NCBI RefSeq assembly: GCF_009914755.1
Contig: NC_060925.1
From: the human T2T-CHM13v2.0 reference genome, Homo sapiens
DNA: 64,000 nt
Direction: 5' to 3' (one strand)
Shown here: positions 1 through 16,094 of the stretch, in pieces
Layout of the letters: every line of letters begins with the position of its first letter
How positions within the stretch are numbered: position 1 is the first letter of the stretch
Translations under genes and position numbers: made by a program
The notes under the pieces: model-generated
Told to the model about the DNA's origin: nothing
The model's database searches: none
What the model saw: the letters and a program-made list of their open reading frames with translations, nothing else

Positions 1-1269
1 TCTTCTATTGAACATACTTTAGTAGTTGCCTTCTTAGCACATAATAGATATTCAAAAAATGTGTGTGAATTAAATCTATAAACCATTATTTTTGTACACT
101 ATAAGTGATTTAATTTATCATGGAGTTTGGATTTCTCTACAGAAATAGCACTGTCCAGTAGTTAACCTATTCACTTGGAAAATTACTGTTGCCCTTTCTG
201 GGCAATGGAGTATTTGATAAATCACACAGCTTATCTTCATCCCTATTTCCCTATGTTTGGAGCAGGTAATAATCACTTTAATGGTGCTTAAGGATTGTTT
301 TGAAGTACTCTATTTTGTTGAAGTGCAACTTGAAATAAAGATAGATGATTATTGACTAGAACCATTATAAAAAAATAACAGCTTGCTTTGGTATAGAGAA
401 AAAGACTAAGTCTGTGTCATTTTGTCTGAGATATAATTGGTATTTTCAGCCATAATGAATAAGCCTTTCATTTTGGTTTAGTGGGAGTTCTTATATAGAG
501 CAAACCATGTCCTTGGGGGGAAAAAAGTCTTCCTTACCCTAAATTATCTACCATAACTAATTCCTTCAAAGTCATTGGAAAAAAAATAGACATATTTTCT
601 GACTTTGGTTTCTGGCTCAAGATCTCTCTAAGTTCCCTGAATATATTTAATTAAAACCTTCATATAAAAATCACATGAAACAGATTTTTGAAGCCCTGTA
701 ATCTGGGCTATTTGTAGGAGTCGTCACCTTGCTACAGACAGACTTCTCTTGGTGGAAAAATCCTCTTAACCAATCGTCAGCTAAAGGTCACTTGCGAGTG
801 TGCAATGCTTAGTGTTTCTCCAGGCCCAGTTTTGCATTACTTCTTGTTTCACTGTAGGTTTTCCTCAACTTCCAAGCTAGCAATTAGCCTCATAATTCAA
901 ATATCTTTCAAATAAGAAAAAGCAAACCATTTTATTGAATAATTTCGTATTTTTCACTGTACTGCAAATTAAATACAATTTCTAACTACAAAGATTAGAC
1001 TAAGTAGAACTATTTCACACAAAAGTAGCTTGTTGATGAGAATATCTGGCCCTGGGATATTTCAATTCTCCACCTGGAGGCTAAGCTTCCAAGTTGTTTG
1101 TCCGCTATCATGGCCTTTGTTCTTTACATTTCCTGGCAAATGGTATCCATGGAGAATAACTGTTGCAACAAAATAATATAATTCCATTGTGTTTGGTGAA
1201 CGTTAGGGGAGGACATGTGAAACCAATATATTTCATCCACTTATGACGCAAAAATGGTTAAATTGGGAT

Positions 1270-1385
1270 TGATTCAATAAATATTTACTGCAAGCTTTCT
1301 ATGTGCTGGGCACTGCTTAGGCCCTGGGGATAAAGCAATGAGCCAGACACAGTTTCTGTCCTAATGAAACTTAACGTTCTACTCT
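1270..1385 (-). mobile_element. L2 LINE 3' end fragment
   Basis: ATTCAATAAATATTTACTG...TATGTGCTGGGCACTGCTTAGGCCCTGGGGATAAAGCAATGAG...CAGTTTCTGTCCT resembles the reverse complement of the L2 3' terminus. Confidence 0.7.
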
Positions 1386-2693
1386 TTTAGTTGAGCAAAA
1401 TATGTGTGTTCTTCTTCTGTTTCTTCTCTATACCTAAGCATCCCTTTATAACTTTTTGGTTCCTTTTTTCCTAGTAAAGTTCTTCACTTTTTTATGTGCT
1501 TTGCATAAATTAAACTCTGGAATGAGAAAAATAGTAATGCTTAACTCAATGTAACTGAGCAGATTAAGGTGATAAGGTGAGAAATAAAATTATTTCACCT
1601 CATTTTCAATGGTTTACAGTTAATATGTATATACAGTAAGCTCATATGCTCAACCATGACCACTAAGGTAGATATAGTTTGTACCCAGTCTCCCAAGCAC
1701 CCAGATATTTCTCCAGCAAAAGATGACCCTTTGTCACATATTCACTCAAAACTATCTCCGACGCTTGCTTTAACTGATTTCTCAGACATAAAAATATGCA
1801 GGAGACTGGGAGTTCATACTTTTAAAAATTTTCTTCCAATAAATCCCTTTAGTATTGGCTCTGATCATTGCCATTGCATGATACAAATTGTGTTAAGGAA
1901 GATCTTAAAAACTTGCAGAATTAGATTCAGAATTTTAGAGCTGGAAGACAAAACAAGGATCCATTGTCTTCCATCTCAGTTCTCTTTCCACACAGAGCCA
2001 AGGTATATCCTCTTTATTCCCAAGCGCACTTTCTCCAACATAGAGAACATCAATAAAAGCTAACAATACCGACTCCCTCTGTGAATCACTGCAGCCACAA
2101 ATTACAATAAACCACTCAACCACTTACATTCGCAAAACTAGTAGTTTAAACATACATTTTTGTTTTTAAAATATGCGAAAGTTTCATTGCACAGAAAAAT
2201 AATAAAATTAATGTTTCTACATCTGATGTTGATTTCTTCAATTCACTCATCAAATAAGCTGTTCAGGTATACAGAGTTATATCTTCAGATAAAACTTTAG
2301 AGTTATATTTTCAGATCTTCAGATCAATCAGAAGCATTCACTTTTTCTTCTCTTTTTAGAACCTCTCCCTGTTTTTCCAAGCTCTTCCCCTACTCTCCAA
2401 GGCCACCATAGGCTATAATTTTTCCTTCTCTTAAAATCTCATTCCTATTTCTCTTCACCAACCCCAGAAGTATCTGCCTAACCAATTATCCCACCCCAAC
2501 TACTTGATCATGACAAATTAAGTCTTTGATCTATCTGCCTCTGTGTTTGCTAGGAAATGTATCACACTTCTATTAAAAAGTATAATTAGACTTGTTCTGG
2601 TCAAAATAAAACATTCCCTAACAATTAGTGAGAGGAATCTAGGGAACTTCCATAAATGACTAACCAGGAAGGCAAGTATTAAGTTGAGAGGAA

Positions 2694-2738
2694 GTGTGTG
2701 TGTGCACATTTGTGTGTGTGTGCATGTGTGTGTGTGTG
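2694..2738. repeat. interrupted (TG)n microsatellite
   Basis: gtgtgtgtgtgcacatttgtgtgtgtgtgcatgtgtgtgtgtgtg. Confidence 0.9.
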
Positions 2739-3009
2739 AAAACTTTTAGCACCCTACAAGTCACTAAACGTTTTACTATAGATATCTGGAAAGACAGATG
2801 GACTTTGAAAAATCTATAAATGTGCCACTTAACTCTAATGACAATACCGTGCCACTGCAAATTTTCCTAAGACCTGTCTCTAAGTCAACAAAGGCAGCTG
2901 TGAAAGAAGTTTCTAAATTTTGGATTGAAGATGTGCCAGAGGAAGGACGGATGGGAGGGGTGCTGAATGTTGATTATTCCTGCATTATCAATTCTTACTA
3001 TGCTACAGC

Positions 3010-3197
3010 TGTCACAAATTGGGTTCTTTGGAAACAGATGCTGAGACATAGTTTGTGGCATGCGATATTTTATTATAAATGTCCGTGAAGGGAAGGTGAA
3101 AAACTAACATCTGGTAGGAAGAAAAAATGAACTGTACTAACCATAACGCAGGCCCAACAAAGCCTCTTCCAAATACATGGAGAGCTCTGGTGAAGTA
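3010..3197 (-). mobile_element. ERVL solo LTR (LTR16-like), left part
   Basis: Starts TGTCACAAATTGGGTTCTTTGGAAACAGATGCTGAGAC, typical reverse LTR16 end; continues at 6215 after the Tigger2 insertion; 5-bp TSD ACAGC (3005-3009) / ATAGC (6476-6480). Confidence 0.7.
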
Positions 3198-6214
<3,017 letters not shown>

Positions 6215-6475
6215 TATTGTGCTTTAGTGTGTCCATGTTGGGCTGAAATGTCCCACCATATTCCCCTCTTGCCCAGTCGTCAGATTCAGGCATCCCAGGG
6301 AAGAATGTGGCCTGGTGTGGGTGGGAGGGGGAGCAGGGGAAGTGGGAGGGTGGCTCTCTGCAGCAGAGGCAGGTTCTAAAACATCTGACATATGGAGGCT
6401 GTCTGCTGACCACAGCTGGGCAGCAATTCCTTCCCTGAAGGGGAATCTGAGAGGTACATCTTCATGTCTTTCACA
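6215..6475 (-). mobile_element. ERVL solo LTR (LTR16-like), right part
   Basis: GGCTCTCTGCAGCAGAGGCAG...GGAGGCTGTCTGCTGACCACAGCTGGG...AAGGGGAATCTGAG ending in ...TTTCACA; continuation of 3010-3197. Confidence 0.7.
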
Positions 6476-6578
6476 ATAGCTAAGAGAAATTGGGTACAAT
6501 TCTAGACCTTATATATAAATAATTTGAAATCAAGAATGTGTCGCCAAGCTCATCAACACAACAGGACCATTGATCACT

Positions 6579-7187
6579 CTCTTCTTCTTATTATTATTAT
6601 ACTTTAAGTTCTGGGGTACATGTGCAAAATGTGCAGTTTTATTACATAGATATATACGTGCCATGGTGGTATGCTGCACCCATCAACCCATCACCTACTT
6701 TAGGTATTTCTCCTAATGCTATCCCTCCCCTAGCTCCCCACCTCTGACAGGTCCAGGTGTGTAATGTTCCCCTCCCTTTGTCCATGTGTTCTCATTGTTC
6801 AGCTCCCACTTATGAGTGAGAACATGCTGTGTTTGGTTTTCTGTTCTTGTGATAGTTTGCTGAGAATGATAGTTTCCAGCTTCATCCATGTCCCCGCAAA
6901 GGACATGAACTAATCCTTTTTTATGGCTGCATAGTATTTCATGGTGTATATGTGCCACATTTTTTTTAATCCAGTCTATCATTGATGGACATTTGGGTTG
7001 GTTCCAAGTCTTTGCTATTGTGAATAGTGCTACAATAAACATGTGCATGTGTCTTCATAGTAGAATGATTTATAATGCTTTGTACATATCCAGTAATGGG
7101 ATTGTTGGGTCAAATGGCATTTCTAGTTCTAGATCCTTGAGGAATCACCACACTGTCTTCCACAATGGTTGAACTAATTTACACTCC
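6579..7187 (-). mobile_element. 5'-truncated L1PA (about L1PA7/8) 3' end
   Basis: TTATTATACTTTAAGTTCTGGGGTACATGTGCA 3' terminus; ORF MFIVALFTIAKTWNQPKCPSMIDWIKK is the ORF2p C-terminus. Confidence 0.93.
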
Positions 7188-8384
7188 TTTATGAAGGACC
7201 TCTTTCCTGCAGAACCAGCTAAAAGTATATAAACCCAATTCTGGATATGATCCAAGGGACCATGATATCTCCCCAGTACATCCCTAAAACTTGCAGCTTC
7301 TAGATATATATGCAATAGCTTTGCTGTGGGAGCACATCAGGCTGACATTATCCTAATAGTTCTCTTGACTATTGTCTATATGTGAAGAAAGCAGTCTTTC
7401 TATATGATTTCTATCCATTTATGCAATCACTCATTGATTCATCTATTAACTAATCATTCTTCCCTTTGCCTACTTGGAGTGCATGTGAGGAATCTGAAAC
7501 TAAAAAAATTCTTGAGAGGTCAGTCTCCTTGTTCTATAGATACCAGAACTAAAAATCATGCTAATTTATCCAAGGTTTTACATCTAATCATTGTCTAAAT
7601 TATTACCAGAAGTCTTTGTGTTTTGACTCTTAATTCATGTTACCAGAGCTAATTCCTGCCAGACTCTAAAACACTACCAAACTATATAATACCCTAAATT
7701 GAAAATGAAATCAAACTAACTTCATTCAATGTTACCTTCCAAAAATGTTTCTATCATATGCAGTTTAAACTCAAGCCATAATTTATATTCCTGTTAAATT
7801 ATTTGCTATAATAGAACAAACACATTTAAACACACACACACATTAAACATAACGGCCTTGTTCAGTGTGTATAATATAGTAGTTAAATGCATTATTTAAT
7901 CAATTTCCTCCATTTACTATGACCTTTTCCAAACAAATATTCCAAAATGCATTATGTCATACCTTCAACCATCTTGACTATTACTGCAGATTGCCATGGC
8001 TGAATTGCTTGACAGTGACTTGGATAAATGTGATAGTAACTGAACTGATAGTGTTGGCTACTTACCAATCTATTTCTTTGAAATAAACAGTTCCATGTAT
8101 GGTAGGAAGATTAGTATAGTGACAATGTAGAGGATGTACTAAATATGGAAAAGACAGGGAAGTGAAGATAGAGTAGAAAAACTAGACTGGGTGTTAAAAA
8201 TGAGTGGCTTACCCTTTGAAGTGAGTTCAGAGGCAAAAGTACAGGTTTTCTATATGATTCTATGTGGATTCTATATGTCCTGAGAGGTTAACTGGATTAA
8301 ACGGCCTAAGAAGAAAGATGTGACTAACCCTAGTTTTACTTATTCAAATATTTAAAATACATACGAAAATATCAGCACTACTTA

Positions 8385-8670
8385 ATAATGGTTATCATTT
8401 ATTGAATGTTCTCTATATGCAAGAAATTGCACAAGATTACACAAGTATATATAATAGTATATTTAATGCATATTTATATGTATGTATTAATATATAAAAG
8501 CATATGTTAATAAAGTTTTAACAAATAATCATTATTCTAATTTTACATATGAAGGATAGGATCTGAGATTTTAATAATTTGTGATCACAAAACTAATAAG
8601 CGGCAGAGCCAGGATATAAGTCCAGGTATGACTGGCCTAAAAGTTTTCATTTTGTTTTCTATGATTATGC
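8385..8670 (-). mobile_element. MIR SINE
   Basis: CATTTATTGAATG...ATTTTACATATGAAG...TCACAAAACTAATAAGCGGCAGAGCCAGGAT MIR core-like. Confidence 0.7.
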
Positions 8671-8894
8671 TTTGGGAATATCACTCATATCTGAATGATT
8701 GTCTGAATTTGATATGTTGTTTTGCCTCAGGTAGCAAATTATTCAAAGTATAGTTGTCAAAGAAGCTCAGGTTTTTTAATGCTCTGAGTACTCAGCTCAT
8801 AGCCTCATAGCTTTTCCTGACATAGAACAGATCAAATATATATATATTTACTTATTTATTTGATTTATTATATATTTATTTAATCATATATATG

Positions 8895-8898
<4 letters not shown>

Positions 8899-8970
<72 letters not shown>
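8899..8970. repeat. compound (TA)n(GA)n microsatellite at Alu tail
   Basis: about 12 TA units directly followed by about 24 GA units. Confidence 0.95.
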
Positions 8971-8974
<4 letters not shown>

Positions 8975-9247
8975 ATCACACTCTATCACCCAGGCTGGAG
9001 TACAGTGGTGTAATCTCGGCTCACTGCAACCTCCGCATCCTGGGTTTGAGTGATTCTTGTGCCTCAGCCTCCTGAGTAGCTGGGATTACAGGCATGCACC
9101 ACCACGCCTGTCTAATTTTTGTATTTTGAGTAGAGACGAAGTTTCACCATGTTGGCCAGGCTGTCTCGAACTCCTGACCTCAAGTGATCCACCCGCCTTG
9201 GCTTCCCAAAGTGCTGGGATTACAAGCGTGAGCCACTGTGCCCGGCC
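8967..9247 (-). mobile_element. AluS-type SINE
   Basis: Reverse Alu ending GTGAGCCACTGTGCCCGGCC, with CTCCTGACCTCAAGTGATCCACCCGCC. Confidence 0.95.
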
Positions 9248-9689
9248 AAATATTTTGAAAAGCAATAATAACTGAACTTGGAAAAATAAATCTTATAAGG
9301 ATAGTTCTATTCCATGACCATTTTAAAAAATAAAGTGTCTTACATTAATTTGTTAAGAGTCACATACATTCCAATGTCAGAAATAGGAGGCGGTGTTTTA
9401 TATGGACAATGTGGGAGTTACTTCGATTGATTGTGTTTTTAGTACCTCAAAGATTAAAATCTCACTGTATAGATAAGATATGAACATGTGAAAAGTTCAC
9501 TATCTAAACAATAATTCAAAATAGCAATAAAGAACCTAGAATATATGCTGTATTCAGGTATGGGTGATGTTGGTGTGAGGGATGGGCAGAGAGAGAGTAA
9601 AAAGGAAAAATATGAATATAAAATGAAAGCATGATAAATCACTTTAAGAATTTTAAGAAAAATGTAAAGGTGCAGGTAAACTTTTGATA

Positions 9690-9900
9690 GGCAAGAGAGA
9701 GGGCTAGAAAGTTGCACTGAGGCCAGCATTTAGAGGCTATTCAACATGAGGTTAAGAACTTTGGCTTTTATCCTCTAAAACCTAGAAGACATTAAATATG
9801 TCTAAGTAGGGGTTGAAATTATCAAACAAATATGATAGGAAGATTAGTTTGGTGACAATGTGGAGGATGGGCTGAATATGAAAAAGACAAGAAATTGAAG
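9690..9900 (-). mobile_element. L2 fragment
   Basis: GAGGTTAAGAACTTTGGCTTTTATCCT...GGAAGATTAGTTTGGTGACAATGTGGAGGATGG is L2-like. Confidence 0.55.
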
Positions 9901-10151
9901 GCAGAGCGGAAACACTAGGTTGAGAAGTACTAGAAATGAGTGGCTGGCTCTTTGAAGTGAGTTCAGGGACAAAGGTACGGGTTTTGTAACTCTCACAGAT
10001 ACATTGGTTTATCTAAATAGTAATATTTTGAAATGCAAATTACTAATGCCTTCTATTATTCGTTCTTCAGCAAAGATATTTGACAATGTCTGGGACATTC
10101 TGGTGTGTTATATTTATGTTACATATTTTGTTCATGTGTGTTATATATTTT

Positions 10152-13100
10152 ATTCATGTCCTTTGCCCACAGTTTAGAGGGGTTGTTTTTTTCTTGTAAA
10201 TTTGTTTAAGCTCCTTATAGATGCTGAATATTAGGCCTTTGTCAAAGCCTAGTTTGCAGAAATGTTCTCTCATTCTGTATGTTGTCTTTTTACTCTGTTG
10301 ATCATTTCTTTTGCTGTGTAGAAGCTCTTTAGCTTAATTAGATCCTATTTGTCATTTTTTTTTTGCTTTTGTTGCGATTGCTTTTGAAGTCTTTATCATG
10401 AAACCTTTGCCCATTCCTAGGTCCAGAATGGTATTGCCTAGGTTGTCTTCCAGATTTTTTATAGTTTGGGGTTTTACATTTAAGTCTTTAATCCACCTTG
10501 AGTTACTTTTTGTATACGGTGTATCAAAGGTGTCCAGTTTCAATCTTCTGCATACGGCTAGCCAGTTATCCCAGCACCGTTTATTAAATAGGCAATCCTT
10601 TCTCCATTTCTTATTTTGGTCAGCTTTGTCAAAGACAAGATAGTTGTAAATGTGTGGTCTTATTTCTGGGTTCTCTATTCTGTTCCATGATCTATGTGTC
10701 TCTTCTTGTACCAGTACCATGCTGGTTTGGTTACTGTAGCCCTTTAGTATAGTTTGAAGTTGGGTACCATGATGCCTCCAGCTTTGTTCTTTTTGCTTAG
10801 AATTGCCATAGTTATTCGGGCCCTTTTTGGTTCCTTATGGATTTTGAAATAGTTATTTCTAGTTATGGGAAGTATGTTATTGGAGTTTAATAGGAAAAGC
10901 ATTGAATCTAAAAATTGCTTTGGACAGCATGGCCATTTTAACAATATTGATTCTTCCTATCCATGAGCACGGATAGTTTTCCATTTGTTGTGTTATCTCT
11001 GATTTCTTTGAGCAGTGATTTGTAGTTCTCTTTGCAGAAATCTTTCACCGTTTGGTAAGCTGTATTCCTAGATATGCAAATTTTTGTGGCAATTGTGAAT
11101 GGAATTGCATTCCTGATTTGGCTCTTCGCTTGACTGATGTTGGTGTATAGGAGTGATAGTGATTTTTGCATACTGATTTTGTATCCTAAGACTGCTGAGG
11201 TTGCTTATCAGCTGAAGGAGCTTTTGGGCCAAGACTATGGGGTTTTCTAGATATACAATCATGTCACAAACAGGGATAGTTTGACTTCCTCTTTTCCTAT
11301 TTGGATGCCCTTTATTTCTTTCTCTTGCCTGATTGCCTTGGTCAGGACTTCTAATACTATTTTGAATAGAAGTGGTGAGAGGGGGTATCCTTGTCTTATG
11401 TTGGTTTTCAAGGGGAAAGCATCCAGCATTTACCCATTCAGTATAATGTTGGTTATGAGTTTGTCATAGATGACTCTTATTATTTTGGAGTATGTTCCTT
11501 CAATATCTAGTTTATTGAGAGTTTTTAATATGAATGGATGTTGAATTTTATCAAAAGCCTTTTCTGCATCTATTGAGATAATCATGTGGTTTCTGTCTCT
11601 AGTTCTGTTTATGTGATGAACCGCACTTGTTGATTTGCATATGTTGAACCAACCTTGCATCCCAGGGATAAAGCCTGCTTGATTGTGATGGATAAGCATT
11701 TTGATATGCTGCTGGATTCAGTTTGCCAGTATTTGTTGAGGATTTTTGCATTGATGTTTCTCAAGGATATTGGCCTGAAGTTTTCTTTTATTGTTGTGTC
11801 TCTGCTGGATTTTTATATCAGGATAATGCTGACCTCATAGCATGAGTTAGGGAGGAGTCCCTCCTCCTCAATATTTTGGAATAGTTTCATCAGGAATGGT
11901 ACCAGCTCTTCACTGTACATCTGGTAGATTTCGGCTGTGAAACTGCCTGGTCCTGGGCTTTTTTTCGTTGGTAGGCTTATTTATTGCTGACTCAATTTCA
12001 GAGCTCATATGGGTCTGTTCAGAGACTTTATTTCTTCCTGATTCAGTCTTGGGAGGGTATATGTGTCCAGGAGTTTATCCGTTTCTTCTAGATTTTCTAA
12101 TTTATGTGTACAGAGGTGTTCATAATATTTTTTGATGATTATTTGTATTTATGTGAGGTTAGTGGTAATATCCCCATTGTCGTTTCTGATTGTGTTTATT
12201 TGGATCTTCTCTCTTTTCTTCTTTATTAGTCTAGCTAGTGGCATTTCTATTTTTATTAATTTTTTTCAAGAAACCAACTCCTGGACTCATTCATCTTTTG
12301 AATGTTTTTTCGTGTCTCTATCTCCTTCCGTTCAGCTCTGATTTGGTTATTTCTTGCCTTCTGCTAGCTTTGAGGTTGGTTTTCTCTTGTTTCTCTAGTT
12401 CTTTCAGTTCTGATGTTAGGTTGTTAAGTTGAGCTCTTTTTAACTTTTTTATATGGGCACTTAGTGATATAAATTTCCGTCTTAACACTGCCTTAGCTGT
12501 GCCCCAGAGATTCTGATATGTTGTATTTGTTCTCACTGGTTTCAAATAACTTCTTGATTTCTGCCTTAGTTTCATTATTTATCCAATATTTGTTCAGAAG
12601 CAGGTTATTTAATTTCCATGTAATTGTATGGTTTTCAGTGAATTTCTTAGTCTTAATATCTAATTTTCTTGTGTTATGGCTTGAGAGATTATTTATAATT
12701 TTAGTTTTTTGCATTTGCTGAGGAGAGTTTTGTTTCCAATTATCTGATTTATTTTAGAGTATGTGCCATGTCATGGTAAGAAGGGCGTATATTCTATTGG
12801 TTTGGGGTGATGAGTTCTGTAGATGTCCATCAAATCCATTTGATCCAGGTCCTCAATATCTGAGTTCAGGTCCTCAATATCTTTATTAATTTTATGTCTC
12901 GATGATCTAATATTTTTAGGAGGTGTTAAGGTATCCCACTATTATTGTGTGGGAGCCTAAGTCTCTTTGAAGGTCTCTTAAGAACTTGCTTTATGAATCT
13001 GGGTGCTCTTGTGTTGGGTGCATATATTTATGACAGTTAGGTCTTCCTGTTGAATTGAACCCTTTACTATTATGTAATGCTCTTTTTCCTTTTTTTGATT

Positions 13101-16090
13101 TTTGTTAGTTTAAAGTCTGTTTTGGTTGAAACTAGTATTGTAATTCCTGATTTTTTCTGTTTTCCATTTTCTTGGTAGATTTTTTTCTCCATCCCTTTAT
13201 TATGAGCGTGTGTGTCATTTGATGTGTGATGGATCTCTTGAAGACAGCACACCAATGGGTCTTGGTTGTGCCTTATAATTGGGGCATTTAGCCCATTTAC
13301 ATTCAAGGTTAGTATTGACTTGTGTGGATTTGATCTTGTTATCATGATGTTGGCTGGCTATTTTTCAGACTTGTTTGTGTGATCACCTCATAGCGTCACT
13401 GGACTGTGTACTTCCATGTGTTTTTGTAGTGGCTAGTAACGGTCTTTCCTTTCCATATTTAGTGCTTTTTTCAGGAGCTCTTATAAGGCAGATCTGGTTA
13501 TAACAAATTCCTTCAGCAATTGCTTATCTTCAAAGAATCGTATTTCTCCTTTGCTTATGAAGCTTAGTTTGGCTGAATATGAAATTCTGGGTTGGACATT
13601 CTTTTCTTTAACGATGTTGAATACTGGCTCCCAGTCTCTTCTTGCTTGTAGAGCTTCTGCTGAAAGAACTGCTGTTAGTCTGATGGTCTTCCCTTTATGG
13701 GTGGCCTGACCTTTCTCTCTAGCCATCTTTACATTTTTTCTTTCATTTTAACCTTGGAGAATCTGATGATTATGTGTCTTGGGGATGAGCTTGTGAAGTA
13801 TTTTGCTGGGGTTCTCTGCATTTCCTGAATTTGAATATTGGCCTCTCTAGCTAGGTTGGAAAAATTCTCATGGATGATATCCTGAAATATGTTTTCCAAG
13901 TTCGTTCCATTCTCATCTCTTTCAGGGACAACAATGAATTGTAGATTTGGTCTCTTTATATAATCCCATATTTTTGGGAGGTTTTATTCACTCTGTTTCA
14001 TTGTTTATTCTCTATTCATGTCTGACTTATTTCAGAAAGCCAGTCTCTAATCCCTGAGAGTCTTTTCTCTGCTTTGTTTTCTGCTATCAACACTTGAATT
14101 GCATTATGAAATTCCTGTAGTATGTTTTTCAGCTCTATCAGGTCGGTTATATTCTTTTCTATACTGGCTATTTTGTCTGTCAGCTCCTGCCTTGTTTTAT
14201 CATGATTCTTAGCTTCCTTGGATTGAGTTTCAATGTACTCCTATAGCTCAGTGATCTTTATACCTACCCATATTCTGAATTCTATTTCTGTCATTTCAAG
14301 CATCTCAGCCTAGTTTAGAACCCTTGCTGGAGAGGTGATGCAGTCATCTGGAGGAAAGAAGGCACCCTGTATTTTCAACTTGTCAACATTCTTACACTGT
14401 TTCTTTCTCATGTTTTGGGCTTATCTTCTTTAATCTTCAAGGTTGCTGACTTTTGGATTTCTTTTTTTATTTTTTTTTTCAAATAGATTTTGGGGGAACA
14501 AGTGGTATTTGGTTACATAAGTGGTGATTTGTGAGATTTTGGTGCACCCATCACCCGAGTAGTATACACTGAACCCAATTTATCCTATTTGATGACCTCA
14601 AGGGTTTGATTGTGTTATAAGGTGGATTCAGCCAACTGGGTTTGTTTCTGTGAGATTTTTGGGAGTCAACATTCAGTTCCCAGCTCCTGGACTGCATGCT
14701 CTGACTCTGGGAGACTCGTATTGGGCCCCAGCTTTGTCCTCTGGCTTCTCAAGGTTAGGAATCTGCTGCACCAGGGGTAAGGGGCTGAGGTGCTCCTGGG
14801 CCACTGGTCACTACTCTCCAATAGGTGGTGTCAGCCAAAGTGTTTCATTGTGTGGTGACAGCAGAATTCATCCTCATTCGCATGTGCCTGCAGCAGCTAT
14901 AGTAACACCACAGTGGGGTGCATACTCATCAGCTGCAGCAGAGTGCTAGCAGGTGCCAGCCTGCCTGCCTCCCTGTGGGCAATCACCACAGTGGCAGAGG
15001 AAATGGAGCTGGGTAGGTGGGGGCCCAGCTGGTTACTGTGTGTGCAATCATGCTGGTGGTGGCATTGGCTCCAGAATGAGGCACTAGTGGGCACAGGTCT
15101 GTGAGCCTTCTCTGTGTGCCACAAGCAGGAGTGGTCACTCAGGTTCTCTGCCCCTAGTTTCACTCCCACGGCAGTGTTAGCACAAAGCAGGGTACTGGTG
15201 GGGACAGGGCTGGCTAGCTTTGTGTCCACCAAGGCTCTGTCTGCAATGGTAGTTGCCAATAGGCAGGGGAGCAGACTGCATTCCCATTGCAGCAGTGGCA
15301 GGGCAGGGTGCATGCACATTCATGCAGGAGGGACAATGAAAGCAGAACCTGCCCATGCAGACATGTGACAGCAAAGCAATGTGGGTAGTTCTAGTGAGCC
15401 TGGTGGGAAACTGCAGTGTGGGGAGGGAGCATGTGGTCTGGTGAGTGGCAGTGGGGGGCCATCTCGCTGGAGCTCTCTGCCTGTCAGGCATAGTCTGCCA
15501 GCACAGAAGCTGTGATGGGGGCCCCCAGGGCATGTGAGGCTGCCCTACAAAGAGGCATGGCCACGCTGGGGCCCCAGGAGAGGCCAGCAGACCAAGGGGT
15601 GCCCAGGCTGGATGAGCCCTGCCTGATGGGCATGATTGCCCTGAAGAGTTCAGGACCAACAGTTCCCCTAGGGTTAAAGTCTCTTGTGGAAGCAAGTTGA
15701 ATCTAGGGGGATGTCCAACCTTGGTTATGTTCCACTACAGATGTTCCCACACCAAACCCTCTGGGCTCTATGTCAGCTGGCTTGCTGCTTCTACCACTTC
15801 TCTGAGCAGCTCTCTCTGCCAATTTGAGTGTTGGTGGTGGTCGTGGGGTCTTCTCCTGCTTCGGTTCCAGGGTAAGAGCAGGTTGCACTTTGCCAGTCTA
15901 ACTCATCCATTCCCCTGGAGCCACTGGGGGCCAGGAATGAGTCCAGGTGTGTAGTAGCCCCATGTAGGGTTCCTAGCTTTTCCCCCCTTCAGCCCAGCTT
16001 CTGTGTCTTCCCTCTGAAGATCTGTTAGGAGTACACCAGTCATCTCAGTCCTAGGTGACAGCTGTTCCACCTGGCCATATCTCATCAGCC
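10152..16090 (-). mobile_element. Near full-length older L1PA (L1PA13-16 class): 5' UTR, ORF1 and ORF2 remnants; 3' end deleted
   Basis: Minus ORF fragments of RT ([20 protein letters not shown]...[17 protein letters not shown]), endonuclease (ILTLNVNGLNAPI) and ORF1 (AREKGQATHKGKTIRLTAVLSAEALQARRDW); GC-rich 5' UTR 14.6-16.1 kb; many stops and frameshifts. Confidence 0.95.
14462..14580 (-). mobile_element. Short L1PB 3' end inserted into the L1PA
   Basis: poly-T then AATAGATTTTGGGGGAACAAGTGGTATTTGGTTACAT...GGTGCACCCATCACCCGAG, the same 3' end type as at 49654; host resumes at TATCCTATTTGATGACC. Confidence 0.8.
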
Positions 16091-16094
16091 CTAT

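Noticed and set aside
770-1252. Isolated CCAAT, AAAGGTCA (783-790) and TGACGCAA motifs
   Set aside because: Single short motifs are expected by chance in 64 kb; no CpG island or other promoter support
1656-2063. 135-aa plus ORF in AT-rich DNA
   Set aside because: No recognisable domain; overlaps MIR-like sequence near 1920-2010; length compatible with chance
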